Assembly (NCBI GenBank): GCA_963804645.1
Contig: CAWDRG010000009.1
Location: 672,001-736,000, forward strand
Origin: an uncultured Bacillota bacterium
Lineage (GTDB): Bacteria; Sysuimicrobiota; Sysuimicrobiia; Sysuimicrobiales; Segetimicrobiaceae
Length of the DNA: 64,000 nt
Reading direction: 5' to 3'
The notes under the pieces are model-generated. The model was not told where the DNA came from and did no database searches. It worked only from the letters and a program-made list of their open reading frames with translations. Below, one piece after another: positions 51,422-61,820 of this stretch. The translations under genes were made by a program, and so were the position numbers. How positions within the stretch are numbered: position 1 is the stretch's first letter; each line of letters starts with the position of its first letter.

Positions 51422-51662
51422 GAGGGACAGCGATCCGCTCGGAGCCGTGATCGTCGTTCGCAGTTTCAGAAGCGCAGGGACGTCACACCGCACGCGCGAA
51501 GGAACGCCTAGGCTGCCGTCCCCACCGGGACGTCCTTGCTCGTGGGGCTCGGTTGTGATTGGCGAGATGAGGAGCCCGTCGATATGACGTACGAACCTGT
51601 CCGGCCAAAGAGTTTTGCGGACCGACGTTCGATCGTCCCGGACCCGGGAGCCCACCGATCCC

Positions 51663-53402
51663 ATGGAATCTAATGAGTCTCATCCATCGACGAGTCTGGC
51701 ACCGACATTTCGAGTCCGCGCGCTGGAGATCCACAGTGACTACGCATGGAATTTCGAATGGGTGCAAAAGGCGCTCGCCTTCATGGAACGGCGGGCGCTC
51801 AACGCACTAATCCTCCATCGGAACGACATCGTGGACAATGTCGTGTATCCGGGGCGATATTTCGGGGCCGATCGTCGTCCCTACCGGAACATCGTGGAGC
51901 GCTACCAGGACAGCTTCAGGACATTGTACCGGTACACGCCGACGCGGCGAAGCCGGCCGCTTCAACATCGGGACTATCTGGTGCGGGTCATCGAGCAGGC
52001 CCGGCGGCGTGGCATCGACGTGTATCTCCAAAATAAGGAGCTGTGGTTTCCGGACATCCTGCTGGAACTCCACCCCGAAGTGTGGATCGACGGGACCGTC
52101 TGCGCCACGCACCCGTTTTGGTGGGAGTTCGTCGAGACGAAATACACCGAGCTGCTGGAGGACTTTCCGGGACTCGCCGGCATCATCACCTCGCCGGGCA
52201 CGGGGGAGAGCCGGGTGTCGATCGCCGCGAATCGCTGCGCGTGCGATCGTTGTCGAGCTACCGCACCGCGCGACTGGTATCGCCGGCTGCTGGACGCCAT
52301 GCGCGGCCCGATCGTACGCGCCGGGAAGCGCCTCGTGGTTCGAGACTTCGTATTCGACGCCGCGGCGCAGGGCGAATTGGCCGCGGCCATGGAAACGTTC
52401 CCACCAGACGTGGTCGTCTCCCTGAAGAACACGCCCCACGACTACTATCCAACGTTTCCCCACAATCCCCGCATCGGACGCGTTGGGGACCATGCGCAGT
52501 GGGTCGAGTTTGACGTGATGGGTCAATACTTCGGCTGGGGGCTGGGGATCAGCGTGATGACCGACGACCTGCGCGCGCGGATGCGCTACGGGCGCGCCCG
52601 TGGGGTCTCCGGTGTGATCTTTCGGACCGATTGGGAAGGGCTCGAAGCGCACACGGCGTTCCACACACCGAATCTCCTCAGCCTGTACGCGGGATCGGCC
52701 CTGGCGGTGAATCTCGACACGCCCGCCGCGACGATCGCCGGCGACTGGCTCGACGGAGAAGATCTCCTCCGCCCCGATTTGGACGCCGCCTCTCGTACCG
52801 CCACCGCCGCGCGGGTCGCCGATGCCTTCGGGCGTACCTGGGACATCGTCCGGCGCAGCCTCTATCTCAACGATTGCGTCTTTTCCGACTCCAGCCTGTA
52901 CCCCGTCAGCCTCGAACACGCGTGGTGGCTGGCGGAAGAGAAGAACAGTTTGCGCAACTGGGATCCGTCGAAATCGGACGCGCTCTCGGTCGTCGACGAG
53001 GCGCACGTTCGTGCGCTGCTCGAGGAGAAGGACGAGGCCGTCCGGTTGGTCGCCTGGCTGGCCGATGCGGTGGGCGAGCTTCAGGACGTGCTGACCGACG
53101 CCGCGTGGCGCGACCTCCAGTGGCGCGTTGATGTCTTTCGACGTTACGTCTTGGGATTTCGCACGATCGCGCACGCCTGCGTCCTGACGAAGTACCTCGC
53201 CGACGAGGCGGGGCGCGCCCGAGTCCCATTTGCCGACACGGCGGATGCGTTGTGGCAGGCGCGGCTCGGCGACCTCCGGGCGCTCGCCGCCGAATTCGAC
53301 GAGTTCGCGGCGGCGACGTCGCTGCCGTACACGGTCTATCTGGTTCTGAATCCCGAACGCCTGCGAGCGCTCGCGAACGACCTCGAGGCTCGGCGAAGGT
53401 AG
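51663..53402 (+). CDS. Uncharacterised TIM-barrel protein, GH67-like (paralog 1)
   Basis: Long clean ORF; CACDRC, VRDFVF, KNTPHDYYP, EFDVMGQYFGWG, FRTDWE. Confidence 0.8.
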   Translation: MESNESHPSTSLAPTFRVRALEIHSDYAWNFEWVQKALAFMERRALNALILHRNDIVDNVVYPGRYFGADRRPYRNIVERYQDSFRTLYRYTPTRRSRPLQHRDYLVRVIEQARRRGIDVYLQNKELWFPDILLELHPEVWIDGTVCATHPFWWEFVETKYTELLEDFPGLAGIITSPGTGESRVSIAANRCACDRCRATAPRDWYRRLLDAMRGPIVRAGKRLVVRDFVFDAAAQGELAAAMETFPPDVVVSLKNTPHDYYPTFPHNPRIGRVGDHAQWVEFDVMGQYFGWGLGISVMTDDLRARMRYGRARGVSGVIFRTDWEGLEAHTAFHTPNLLSLYAGSALAVNLDTPAATIAGDWLDGEDLLRPDLDAASRTATAARVADAFGRTWDIVRRSLYLNDCVFSDSSLYPVSLEHAWWLAEEKNSLRNWDPSKSDALSVVDEAHVRALLEEKDEAVRLVAWLADAVGELQDVLTDAAWRDLQWRVDVFRRYVLGFRTIAHACVLTKYLADEAGRARVPFADTADALWQARLGDLRALAAEFDEFAAATSLPYTVYLVLNPERLRALANDLEARRR

Positions 53403-53448
53403 GGGTCCCGCCGTCGCGGCGTTCGCGGCGCGCGGCGGCCGACGTATC

Positions 53449-55071
53449 CTATGGGGCGCGGTACACCGCGAGGCCGTCCTCCAACACGGTGCGGGCACGG
53501 CCCAGACTCAGCAACATCCTGAACTGATGCGGGTACTGGTGACGCTCGAGCGTTGGGGCCAGGCCCGTGAGATACTCGTCGAGGGCCCGCAGGCTCGCTG
53601 CCAGCGCGGTGTCCACGCTCGCGCGCGTCAGCGCTCCTTGACGCAACCCCTCGACGTAGAGGCTCACCTCCGTCAGCGCACGGAACCCGGCGATGTACTG
53701 GACATACCATCCGAAACACTCCCGCAGCCATGCGTGAAACTCGGCCGGAATCGCACCCGACGAATGCTCCACCTCGCGGCGGAGCGCCGTGATCTCCGAC
53801 ATGGCCTCGTCCTTCTCCGCCAACGCCGCGTCGATCCCGGAGGCATCCATTCGAAGATCGTTCGCTCTGGCCGGGTCCCAATCGACCAGCGAGTGCTTCC
53901 GCTCCATCGTCCACCATGCCTTACGCACGCTCAGCGGAAACTGACTGCTGTCGTGAAACACAAAATCTCGAAGGTAGATTCCTTTGCGGATCACCGCCCA
54001 GGTGCGGTCCCACACCCCGGCCACGAAGCTGGCGGTATCCGCGTCAGCGGGCCACCCAGCTTCCTCCAGCCACGTCCGCAGGATCGATGCCGCGGGGGCG
54101 TCGTCGCCGCCCGCCAGTCGTGCCGCGGCGATCAGGTTCGCGCGGTTGGGCGTCTCGAGACACCACCAGTCGTTGACGCGCTCCCATTCGGTGCGGAAGA
54201 GGGCGCCGCTCACGCCCCTGGACTGAGCGTGGCGGAGGCGCTGCGCGAGATCGTCGCGCATGAAGACCGGAAAGACCCCCCATCCGTAGAACTGCCCGTA
54301 CACATCGTATTCCACCCACTGCTCGCGGCGCAGGGCGCCGATCGCCGGGTTGTCGGGAAACGTCGGGTAGAAATCGTGCGGGGTCACCTTCATGCAGAAG
54401 ATGACGTCGGCGGGGGCACGATTGACCGCCTCCGTGAGGGGACGGTGATCGGCCGGTCGGTAGGCGAAGTCCCGCACCGCCAAGCGGAGCCCCGCGTGCG
54501 CCAACGGGGCGTACACGCTGGCGATGATCTGCTCATACCAATCCGCGAGGGTCGTGTGCTCGCAGAGCGGACATCGACACTTGTGCTGCGCTCTCGAGGC
54601 GCGCCCCTCCGGGGAGCCGGGGCTCATGATCACGCCCGCCAACTGCGGGAAGTCCTCGGCCAGCTCGGTGAACTTCGCCCCGAGAAACTCGAACCACACC
54701 GGCTCCGACGGGCAGATGCGTCCGTCTTTCAGCAGATGCGGGAAGCGCTCGAGCACCTCGTCGGGGAACGTCAGCTCCTTCAGTTCGAGCCACACCGGGA
54801 TGTCCTGGCGCGCCGCCAGTTCGAGAATCGACGTCAAGTAGGCGCGATTGTTGTGGATCGCGTTCTCGCCGCGACGCACTGGGGTGCTGTCCCATTCCGT
54901 GTACGGGTCGAAGTAGCGCTTCGGGAAGATAAGGCGTGGCCCGAGATCGGTATCGTGGAGGACGAGCGCGTTGAGATCGTGGCGCTTGGCGAAGGTGAGC
55001 GCTTCCACGATCCGCGGCCGCTCCCACATCCTCGTCCCGCAGAGCTCAAGACCCCGAAACTTCAGCGGCAC
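53449..55071 (-). CDS. Uncharacterised TIM-barrel protein, GH67-like (paralog 2, more divergent)
   Basis: CRCPLC, VRDFAY, KVTPHDFYP, EYDVYGQFYGWG, FRTEWE. Confidence 0.8.
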   Translation of the reverse strand: MPLKFRGLELCGTRMWERPRIVEALTFAKRHDLNALVLHDTDLGPRLIFPKRYFDPYTEWDSTPVRRGENAIHNNRAYLTSILELAARQDIPVWLELKELTFPDEVLERFPHLLKDGRICPSEPVWFEFLGAKFTELAEDFPQLAGVIMSPGSPEGRASRAQHKCRCPLCEHTTLADWYEQIIASVYAPLAHAGLRLAVRDFAYRPADHRPLTEAVNRAPADVIFCMKVTPHDFYPTFPDNPAIGALRREQWVEYDVYGQFYGWGVFPVFMRDDLAQRLRHAQSRGVSGALFRTEWERVNDWWCLETPNRANLIAAARLAGGDDAPAASILRTWLEEAGWPADADTASFVAGVWDRTWAVIRKGIYLRDFVFHDSSQFPLSVRKAWWTMERKHSLVDWDPARANDLRMDASGIDAALAEKDEAMSEITALRREVEHSSGAIPAEFHAWLRECFGWYVQYIAGFRALTEVSLYVEGLRQGALTRASVDTALAASLRALDEYLTGLAPTLERHQYPHQFRMLLSLGRARTVLEDGLAVYRAP

Positions 55072-55081
55072 ACCGCGCCTC

Positions 55082-55918
55082 CTATCTCAGCGTCCCGACG
55101 GTAAAGCCGTGCAGCATGTACCGGCGCAGCAGCAGGGCAAAGGTCAGGACCGGCAGGATGGTCAGGCACCCGGCGGCCGCGACGATGCCCCAATTGAGCT
55201 GCTCTTCCATCTCCATGAACGAGAGGATGGAGACCGGCGCGGTCACCGCGTTGAAGTTCGTCAGGACCAGCGCCGCGAGAAACGAGTTCCAGATGTCGAT
55301 GAACGACAGGATCGCCACCGCGACCAACCCCGGAGTGGCGAGGGGCATGACGATCCGGAAGAACGCGCCGATGAGGCCGCATCCGTCCACTTCGGCGGCG
55401 TCGATCAGTTCGCCGGGCACGGTCCGAAAGAACCCCAGCATGATCCAGATTACGAACGGGAGCCGCACCGCGACCTCGAACGCGGTCAGGGTCGAGACCC
55501 GGTCGATCAGGCCGAGCGCCCGCACGGCGAAATAGACCGGAATGATCGTGGCAACCGGCGGAAACCCATTCGGTATCAGTACCGCCAGCAGCAGCCACCA
55601 CCGTTTGCCCCGGAACGGCAGGCGGGCGAACGCGAAGGCGACCATCGCGCCCAGCACGACCGCGGCGGCCGTGCCCCACACGGAGACGTTGATGCTGTTC
55701 AGATAGTAGCGGCCGAACCCCGACTGGATCAGCTGCACGTAGTTCGTGAGCGTCGGCGGGAACCAGAACCGCGGCGGCTGCAGGAGGAGCACCCGGTCGG
55801 GTTTCAACGACGTGAGTAGCATGTAGTAGATCGGGAACAGCGTGACGAGGACCACGAGGACCACGAGCCCGATCACCCCGGCGCCACGGAACGTCCACCG
55901 CCGCCCGCGCCGCGTCAC
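55082..55918 (-). CDS. Carbohydrate ABC transporter permease (MalG-like)
   Basis: PTLTNY, YLNSI, ELIDAAEVDG (EAA loop), WNSF. Confidence 0.92.
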   Translation of the reverse strand: MTRRGRRWTFRGAGVIGLVVLVVLVTLFPIYYMLLTSLKPDRVLLLQPPRFWFPPTLTNYVQLIQSGFGRYYLNSINVSVWGTAAAVVLGAMVAFAFARLPFRGKRWWLLLAVLIPNGFPPVATIIPVYFAVRALGLIDRVSTLTAFEVAVRLPFVIWIMLGFFRTVPGELIDAAEVDGCGLIGAFFRIVMPLATPGLVAVAILSFIDIWNSFLAALVLTNFNAVTAPVSILSFMEMEEQLNWGIVAAAGCLTILPVLTFALLLRRYMLHGFTVGTLR

Positions 55919-55928
55919 CGCCGGACCC

Positions 55929-56813
55929 TCATTCGGCCTCGACCAGCCGCAGGTATAGAACATACAGCAGCACGAGCACGCCGAGCGATACCACGACCAT
56001 CGCCGCGGCGCTCCCCATCTGGAAGAACTGGAACGCCGCTTTGAAGATGTGCACGCTGAGCATGTCCGTCGCGTTTCCGGGCCCGCCCCCGGTCATCACA
56101 AAGGGCTCGGCGAACAGGCGAAACGCCTCCATCGCGCGCAACAGCGCGGCGACCAGCAGCGTGTCGAAGATCACCGGCACCGTCACGCGGGTAAAGCACC
56201 CCCACCGCGAGGCCCCGTCGAGCTGCGCCGCCTCGTAGAGTGCGCCCGGCACGGTTTCGAGCGCGGACAGGCTCAGCAGAAACGTGAACGGCGTCCAGTG
56301 CCAGACGTCCATCAGCATCACCGAAACGAGCGCCAGCCGCGTGCTGGTCAGCCAGGCCACGCCCGGCAGCCCGAGTAGCCGCAGGCCGGCGTTGATTGGA
56401 CCGAGGGTGTCGTTGAAGAGGATGTACCAGATGAGTCCGACCACTGCCGGCGTGATTACCATCGGGGAGATCACGACCGTCTTCAGCAGGTCGTTGGCGC
56501 GCGCGCCCCCGTGAACGAAGACGGCGAGCGCGAGCCCCAGGGTGACCTCGACCACCGTGACGACGACCATGAAGCCCAGCGTGCGGCCGATCGAGCCGAC
56601 AAACGCGGGATCGGCCGCCAGTTGGAGGTAGTTCTGCACGCCGGCGAACACCGGCGACGACTGCTCTTGCAGGTTCCAGGTCGTCAGGCTGAGGTAAATC
56701 GTGTACAGCGCCGGCAGGATGCGCCCAACGACCAGGTACGCCATCCCGGGTACGAGGAAAAACCACAGCGCGAGATCTCGCCGCCGCCGGACCGAGACCG
56801 CCGGCGCAATCAC
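55929..56813 (-). CDS. Carbohydrate ABC transporter permease (MalF-like)
   Basis: GVQNY, DVWHWTPF, LYEAAQLDGA, MTGGGPG. Confidence 0.92.
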   Translation of the reverse strand: MIAPAVSVRRRRDLALWFFLVPGMAYLVVGRILPALYTIYLSLTTWNLQEQSSPVFAGVQNYLQLAADPAFVGSIGRTLGFMVVVTVVEVTLGLALAVFVHGGARANDLLKTVVISPMVITPAVVGLIWYILFNDTLGPINAGLRLLGLPGVAWLTSTRLALVSVMLMDVWHWTPFTFLLSLSALETVPGALYEAAQLDGASRWGCFTRVTVPVIFDTLLVAALLRAMEAFRLFAEPFVMTGGGPGNATDMLSVHIFKAAFQFFQMGSAAAMVVVSLGVLVLLYVLYLRLVEAE

Positions 56814-58531
56814 CGAAGGCGCGCCCGCAGGTCGTCCGCCAGCGCCCGGAGGCGCTCCGGGCTGAGCAGGATGTAGACTACGTGGGACAAGGACGTGGAT
56901 TGCGCCAACGCGTCGAACTCGGCCGCGAGCGCCTCGAGGTCGCTGAGCCGCGCATCGAGGGTCTTCCGCGCCTCGTGGACCCACTGTACGCGGTCGCCGG
57001 CGCCGTCCTCAGTGACCGCCTTGGTCAGGACGCAGGCGTGTCCGGCGGCGCGAAACGCGGCCGTATACCGGCGGAACACGTCGAAGCGGGTCACGAGATC
57101 CCCGTGCGCGCTGTCGCTCAAGACGTCACCGAGGTCCGCGACCTCCGCGCAGAGCCTCTCAACCAGGCGCAGCGCGTCATCCTTCTCCTCGAGCAGGCGG
57201 CGGACGTTGTCGGGGTCGTCGACCCGGAGCGCGCCCGCCCGGGATGGATCCCAGTCCTTCAGGCTGTTCTTTTCTTCCGCCAGCCACCACGCGTGGTCCA
57301 GGCTGACCGGCAGGTTGCTGGAGTCCGAGAAGACGCAGTCGTTCATGTACAGGCTCCGCCGCACAATCTCCCAGGTTTGATCGAGCACGCGCGCGACGCG
57401 GTCCGCCGCGGCCAGCCGGACCGCGGGCGCCAGGCCCGGGCGCAGGAGGTTCTCCTGGTCGAGCCATTGCCCGACAACCGCGGCCCCGGGCGTTTCCAGA
57501 TCCTGGGCGAGCGCGGCACCGGCATAGAGGCTGACCACGTTCGGGCTATGAAACGTCGTGTGCGCTTCGAGCCCTTCCCAGTCGGTGCGGAACACCACGC
57601 CGCTGGCTCCGCAGGCGCGCGCATGGCGGAAGCGCACGCGGAGATCCTCCGTCATCACGGCGATCCCGATGCCCCAACCGAAATACTGACCCAACACGTC
57701 GAACTCGATCCACTGTTCGTGGGCGCCCACCCGTCCGATCCGGGGATTGTTGGGGAACGTCGGGTAGTAGTCGTGGGGTGTGTTCTTGAGTTCGATGACC
57801 ACGTCTGCCGGCAGCGCCTCCATGGCGGCTACGATCTCGGCCTGTGCCGCCGCGTCGAAGACGAAGTCCCGCACTACGAGGCGCTTGCCCACCCGCGCGA
57901 TCGGCTCGTACATCGCTTCGAGCAGCTGCCGATACCATTCCCGGGGCGTGGTGGAGCGGCACCGTGCGCAGGTGCACCGGTTCGCCGAGATCGAAACGCG
58001 GCTCTCCCCGGTTGCGGGCGAGGTAATGATCCCTGCCAGCCCGGGCAGGTCTTCAAACAACTCCGTGTACTTCGTCCGGACGAACTCCCACCAAAACGGG
58101 GCAGTCGCGCACACCGTGCCGTTCTTCCAGAGGTCCGAGTGCAGTTCGAGCAGGATCTCCGGGAACCATAACTCTTTATTCTGGAGATACACGTCGATGC
58201 CGTAGCGGTGGGCTTCGTGGACGACCCGCCGCAGATAGTCGCGCCGCTGCAACGGTCCACTGCGCCGCGTCGGCGTATACCGGTACAACGTGCGGTACAT
58301 GTCTTGATACCGCTCGAAGATGTTGCGATACGTCCGCCGGTCCGCGCCGAAATATCGCCCCGGGAACACCACCTGATCGATGATGTCGTTCCGCTGCAGG
58401 GCTAGCGCGTTGAGGCCGTGCGCCTGCGCGAATCGGAGTGCTCGCTGCACCCAGGGAAAATCCCATACGTACTCGCTGTTGATTTCGAGCAGCCGGGTAC
58501 GAAACACGGGCTCCGTTTCGCTGGTTTCCAT
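56810..58531 (-). CDS. Uncharacterised TIM-barrel protein, GH67-like (paralog 3)
   Basis: CTCARC, VRDFVF, KNTPHDYYP, EFDVLGQYFGWG; stop overlaps the permease start. Confidence 0.8.
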   Translation of the reverse strand: METSETEPVFRTRLLEINSEYVWDFPWVQRALRFAQAHGLNALALQRNDIIDQVVFPGRYFGADRRTYRNIFERYQDMYRTLYRYTPTRRSGPLQRRDYLRRVVHEAHRYGIDVYLQNKELWFPEILLELHSDLWKNGTVCATAPFWWEFVRTKYTELFEDLPGLAGIITSPATGESRVSISANRCTCARCRSTTPREWYRQLLEAMYEPIARVGKRLVVRDFVFDAAAQAEIVAAMEALPADVVIELKNTPHDYYPTFPNNPRIGRVGAHEQWIEFDVLGQYFGWGIGIAVMTEDLRVRFRHARACGASGVVFRTDWEGLEAHTTFHSPNVVSLYAGAALAQDLETPGAAVVGQWLDQENLLRPGLAPAVRLAAADRVARVLDQTWEIVRRSLYMNDCVFSDSSNLPVSLDHAWWLAEEKNSLKDWDPSRAGALRVDDPDNVRRLLEEKDDALRLVERLCAEVADLGDVLSDSAHGDLVTRFDVFRRYTAAFRAAGHACVLTKAVTEDGAGDRVQWVHEARKTLDARLSDLEALAAEFDALAQSTSLSHVVYILLSPERLRALADDLRARLR

Positions 58532-58559
58532 GTGCGTTCGACGCGCCAACCGCGCGTCC

Positions 58560-59996
58560 TTAGGAGAGCTTGATCGTATCCAGAGTGGTTTGAATCTGCC
58601 GCTGCGCGGTGCTCAAGGCGCTCTGGATGTTACCGCCGGTTAGCACCGACGAAATCGCCGTGCTGACCTGGTCGGCGATTTCCTGCGCGCGGAGGATGCT
58701 CGGATACGGCAGGACGCCCACGTCGGTTTGGGCGCCTGGATCGGCTTCCGCCCGGAGCACGTATCCGGCCGCAGGGTACTGCGCGATGGTCGCCTCGATC
58801 GCACGCGCGCGGCTCGGCATGTACCCGGGATGCTTCTTGGCCATGTCCACCTGTGCCTCCGTGGTCGAGGCCGCGATCAGCAGCTGCAGGGCGGCGGCTT
58901 TGTGCTCGGACCGCGACGACACGGCAATCACGCCCGGGCCGTCCCGGAAGGCATGCTTCCATCCCCGAGGGTGGTTCGGCTCCGCAGGGGGCAGCGCGTA
59001 GCCGATTTTCCCGTATACGGGCACGTCCGGCTTGATCGTGTTGAGCACCACGCGGTCAAAGTACTGCACGATCATCGCGGCGTGACCGCTCGCGAACAGG
59101 GCCGTGGATTCCGCGCTGCTGTCGTTGAGGTTGCTCGACGGCTGGATGGCCAGCAGGGCCTTGTACATCTGGGCGGCCGCGAGGCCGTTCGGCCCGTCAA
59201 ACTCAGCCTTGCGGGTGCGCGGATTGTACAGATTGATCCCGTACGCGAGGATCATGTTCTCGTAACTGTGCCACAGATATACGCCCTTCTTGTTCGGGAA
59301 CGCGCTCCCGTAGAAATCGGCATCGAGCGGCTTCCCCGCGAGCAGCTCGCCCCGCTTGCGGGTGAAGAACTGACCGATTTCCAGGAACTGCTGGTAGCTA
59401 TTGGGCGGGGCGAGATCGTACCCGAAGCGTGCTTTGAACGCGGCTCGTTCGCGGGGATCCTCAAACAGATCCAGCCGATACGCCACCGCCGGCGTGCTCG
59501 TGGTCGTCGGGATTCCCAGGGTCCTATTCTGGAATCTGACCGCTCGCTGCGCCGCCTGCGTGAATTCGGGCCACGCAAGCGTGCTTTGGCTCCCGGTGCT
59601 CGCGATCAGGCCGTCCAGCACGTCGATCATCCCGCGATTGTAGAACTCGTACATGTTCTGAACGCCGAGGGTATAGATCAGATCCCAGGTGTTCGCGCCG
59701 CTGACAAAGTCGAGGACCACCTTTTGCGTCAGTTCGTCGCCGTTGAGGAATCGGGCCTGCAGGATCATCCCCAAGGTCTTCGCAATCTCGCTCATCTTAT
59801 CGGCGAGCGCGACCTCGTGGACCTCAGGCGACGTGATGAAGTTGATCGTGACGCCTTGGAACTGTCCTTTCGGCTGTGCCGTAACCGGCCCAGGGGTCAC
59901 CCCTGCGACCACGGCGGCCCCGCTCGCGCCGACTGCAAGCTTCAAGAGCGTCCGTCGGTCCATTGTCCGCGTCGCCACTGCCTTCACCCCATTCAT
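58560..59996 (-). CDS. Sugar ABC transporter substrate-binding protein (Tat signal)
   Basis: DRRTLLK twin-arginine motif; YRLDLF, FKARFGYDLAPP, FFTR. Confidence 0.88.
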   Translation of the reverse strand: MNGVKAVATRTMDRRTLLKLAVGASGAAVVAGVTPGPVTAQPKGQFQGVTINFITSPEVHEVALADKMSEIAKTLGMILQARFLNGDELTQKVVLDFVSGANTWDLIYTLGVQNMYEFYNRGMIDVLDGLIASTGSQSTLAWPEFTQAAQRAVRFQNRTLGIPTTTSTPAVAYRLDLFEDPRERAAFKARFGYDLAPPNSYQQFLEIGQFFTRKRGELLAGKPLDADFYGSAFPNKKGVYLWHSYENMILAYGINLYNPRTRKAEFDGPNGLAAAQMYKALLAIQPSSNLNDSSAESTALFASGHAAMIVQYFDRVVLNTIKPDVPVYGKIGYALPPAEPNHPRGWKHAFRDGPGVIAVSSRSEHKAAALQLLIAASTTEAQVDMAKKHPGYMPSRARAIEATIAQYPAAGYVLRAEADPGAQTDVGVLPYPSILRAQEIADQVSTAISSVLTGGNIQSALSTAQRQIQTTLDTIKLS

Positions 59997-60371
59997 CGGC
60001 AGGTCTGCACGCCACTTAAAAACATGCTACCGGGTGCCGTTGGAACCTCATATCGGATCGCGACCTGATTTGCCCGTACGATGCCCGCCCCATGCCATGC
60101 TCGGCCGGGATCGTGTCCAATCGTGTCCATTAGAAGCGCCCACCGCAGGCCACAACGATTCCAGAGACCGAGGCAATCGTCGAGCGTGCCCGGCGGATCT
60201 TGCGGTGGCTACTCTGATGCTGATATTCTGAATTAGGAAGCTGCAAGATCAGCCCGGGGGGCCCGCCGCCATTTACCTGGATCTGCAGGTTCCTGCGTCG
60301 CACGTCAAGGCGTACTGCCGTACACGTCGGCTGGAGCTCGGTGACAATCGAGGACCTCGATTCGGTCACAG

Positions 60372-60870
60372 CTCACGTGGCGCAGGGACCGGTCCCGACG
60401 AGCTCGGTGAGGGGCTTCGCCCCGGCGCCGTCGACGAGCTCGTTGGGCATCATCGCGGAGGCCCCGGCCGGCGGCGGCATCAGCGACAGCAGCGGGGCGA
60501 ACGGTGTCTTGAGCTTCAGCACCACCGTGTCGCTGCCGGAGGCCGTGACCGACTCGACCGACTGCTACACGAACGTGCCGTACGAGTTGACCCGGCCCCA
60601 CCGATTCAGCGAGGCGATCACATCGTCCGGCCCCATCGTCTTGCCGTTGTGGAACGGGACGTTCCGCCGGAGCGTGAACGCGTACGTCAACCCGCCCTTG
60701 CTGACCTCGTAGCCGGAGACGAGCGAGGGCTGCACGCGCCAATTGGCATCGAACGCGAACAGTTCCTCGAATACGCCGAGCGTCATGTTCGCCGTGAGCG
60801 AGGCCGGCTGGACGATCACGTCGAGCGTGAGCGGTTCGCCGACCGCGTCGATGCCTCTCAGACTCACTCG
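60372..60870 (-). pseudogene. Family-5 substrate-binding protein remnant
   Basis: EPLTLD...FEELF...FTLRRNVPFHNG, an in-frame stop, then LKLKTPFAPLL...VGTGP; no signal peptide or C-terminal half. Confidence 0.75.
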
Positions 60871-60903
60871 GCGTCTGCCCGCCTCCGTTCGCGGTCGGCG
60901 CCA

Positions 60904-61638
60904 CTACAGATGCAGGGAGCGTTCCATGTTGAACTTGTAGCGGTCTCCCCGATACACCGCCTGGCGGTACTCGACTCTGTCGCCGTCGGGACCATAGATG
61001 AGCGACGTTACGTTGAAGACGGCCGTCGGCGCGACCAGGTCCAGCATGTCGGCCTCCTCCGCGGTCGCCATGCGGGCCTCAAACGTCTGCTCCGCTTTGA
61101 GCTCGCGCACGCCGGCCCGCAGCGCGTAGTGCTCCGACGGCGCCGCCACGTCGCAGAACGCGACCAAGACCTCGTGCATCTTCGGCGCGGAGAAATAACT
61201 CTTGTAGAGGACGAGCGGTTCGCGGTCGCCAAGCCCGAGCCACACGAGCCGAATGAGCATGGCATTTGGCGGCACCGAGAGCAGGCGGCCGAGCACGAAA
61301 TCGGCGGGCTCCTGCGTGCGCGCGATTACCCGCAGCGCGGGCGCCATGTCCTGGGCCGCCACCGTCTCGCGGAAGACGGTCGCATGCGCGAGCGGCTGAT
61401 TGATCGGTCCGTGCCCGGTGACGAAGGTGCCGCGTCCCTGGACCTTCTTCAACATCCCGACCCGGGCGAGTCCGTCGAGAGCTTGGCGGACCGTGGAGCG
61501 GCTCACGCCGAACTGCTCGGACAACTCCCGTTCCGAGGGCAGTTGAGCGCCCGTCTCCCAATCCCCCCGCTGGATCCGGGTATTGATCGACCCGACGAGC
61601 TGCCGGTAGAGCGGCTGCTGGTCTTTGCTGTCGATCAC
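60904..61638 (-). CDS. GntR family regulator (HutC/UTRA)
   Basis: PLYRQL, LPSERELSEQFGVSRSTVRQAL, QGRGTFV, YRGDRY. Confidence 0.94.
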   Translation of the reverse strand: MIDSKDQQPLYRQLVGSINTRIQRGDWETGAQLPSERELSEQFGVSRSTVRQALDGLARVGMLKKVQGRGTFVTGHGPINQPLAHATVFRETVAAQDMAPALRVIARTQEPADFVLGRLLSVPPNAMLIRLVWLGLGDREPLVLYKSYFSAPKMHEVLVAFCDVAAPSEHYALRAGVRELKAEQTFEARMATAEEADMLDLVAPTAVFNVTSLIYGPDGDRVEYRQAVYRGDRYKFNMERSLHL

Positions 61639-61681
61639 GATGGCAGGGGCACCTCGGGCAATGGGTTAAAAGTGGGTCATC

Positions 61682-61693
61682 TGGTACGTACCA
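61682..61693. promoter_or_regulatory. Putative HutC-type GntR operator
   Basis: Perfect palindrome TGGTACGTACCA about 45 bp upstream of gntR. Confidence 0.6.
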
Positions 61694-61764
61694 ATGGATA
61701 CCACGTATACAACAGACTTTTCTCGATTCCTTTTCTGCGCTCTGACAGCTGGTTTAAGCCGCGC

Positions 61765-61780
61765 TCGAACCTGTGTTCGA
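61765..61780. promoter_or_regulatory. LexA-type box
   Basis: TCGAAC-CTGT-GTTCGA in the cupin-gntR intergenic gap. Confidence 0.5.
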
Positions 61781-61820
61781 TATGTGTCCGCATGTTTCTC
61801 CGTCAAGTCACGATCCGCAC

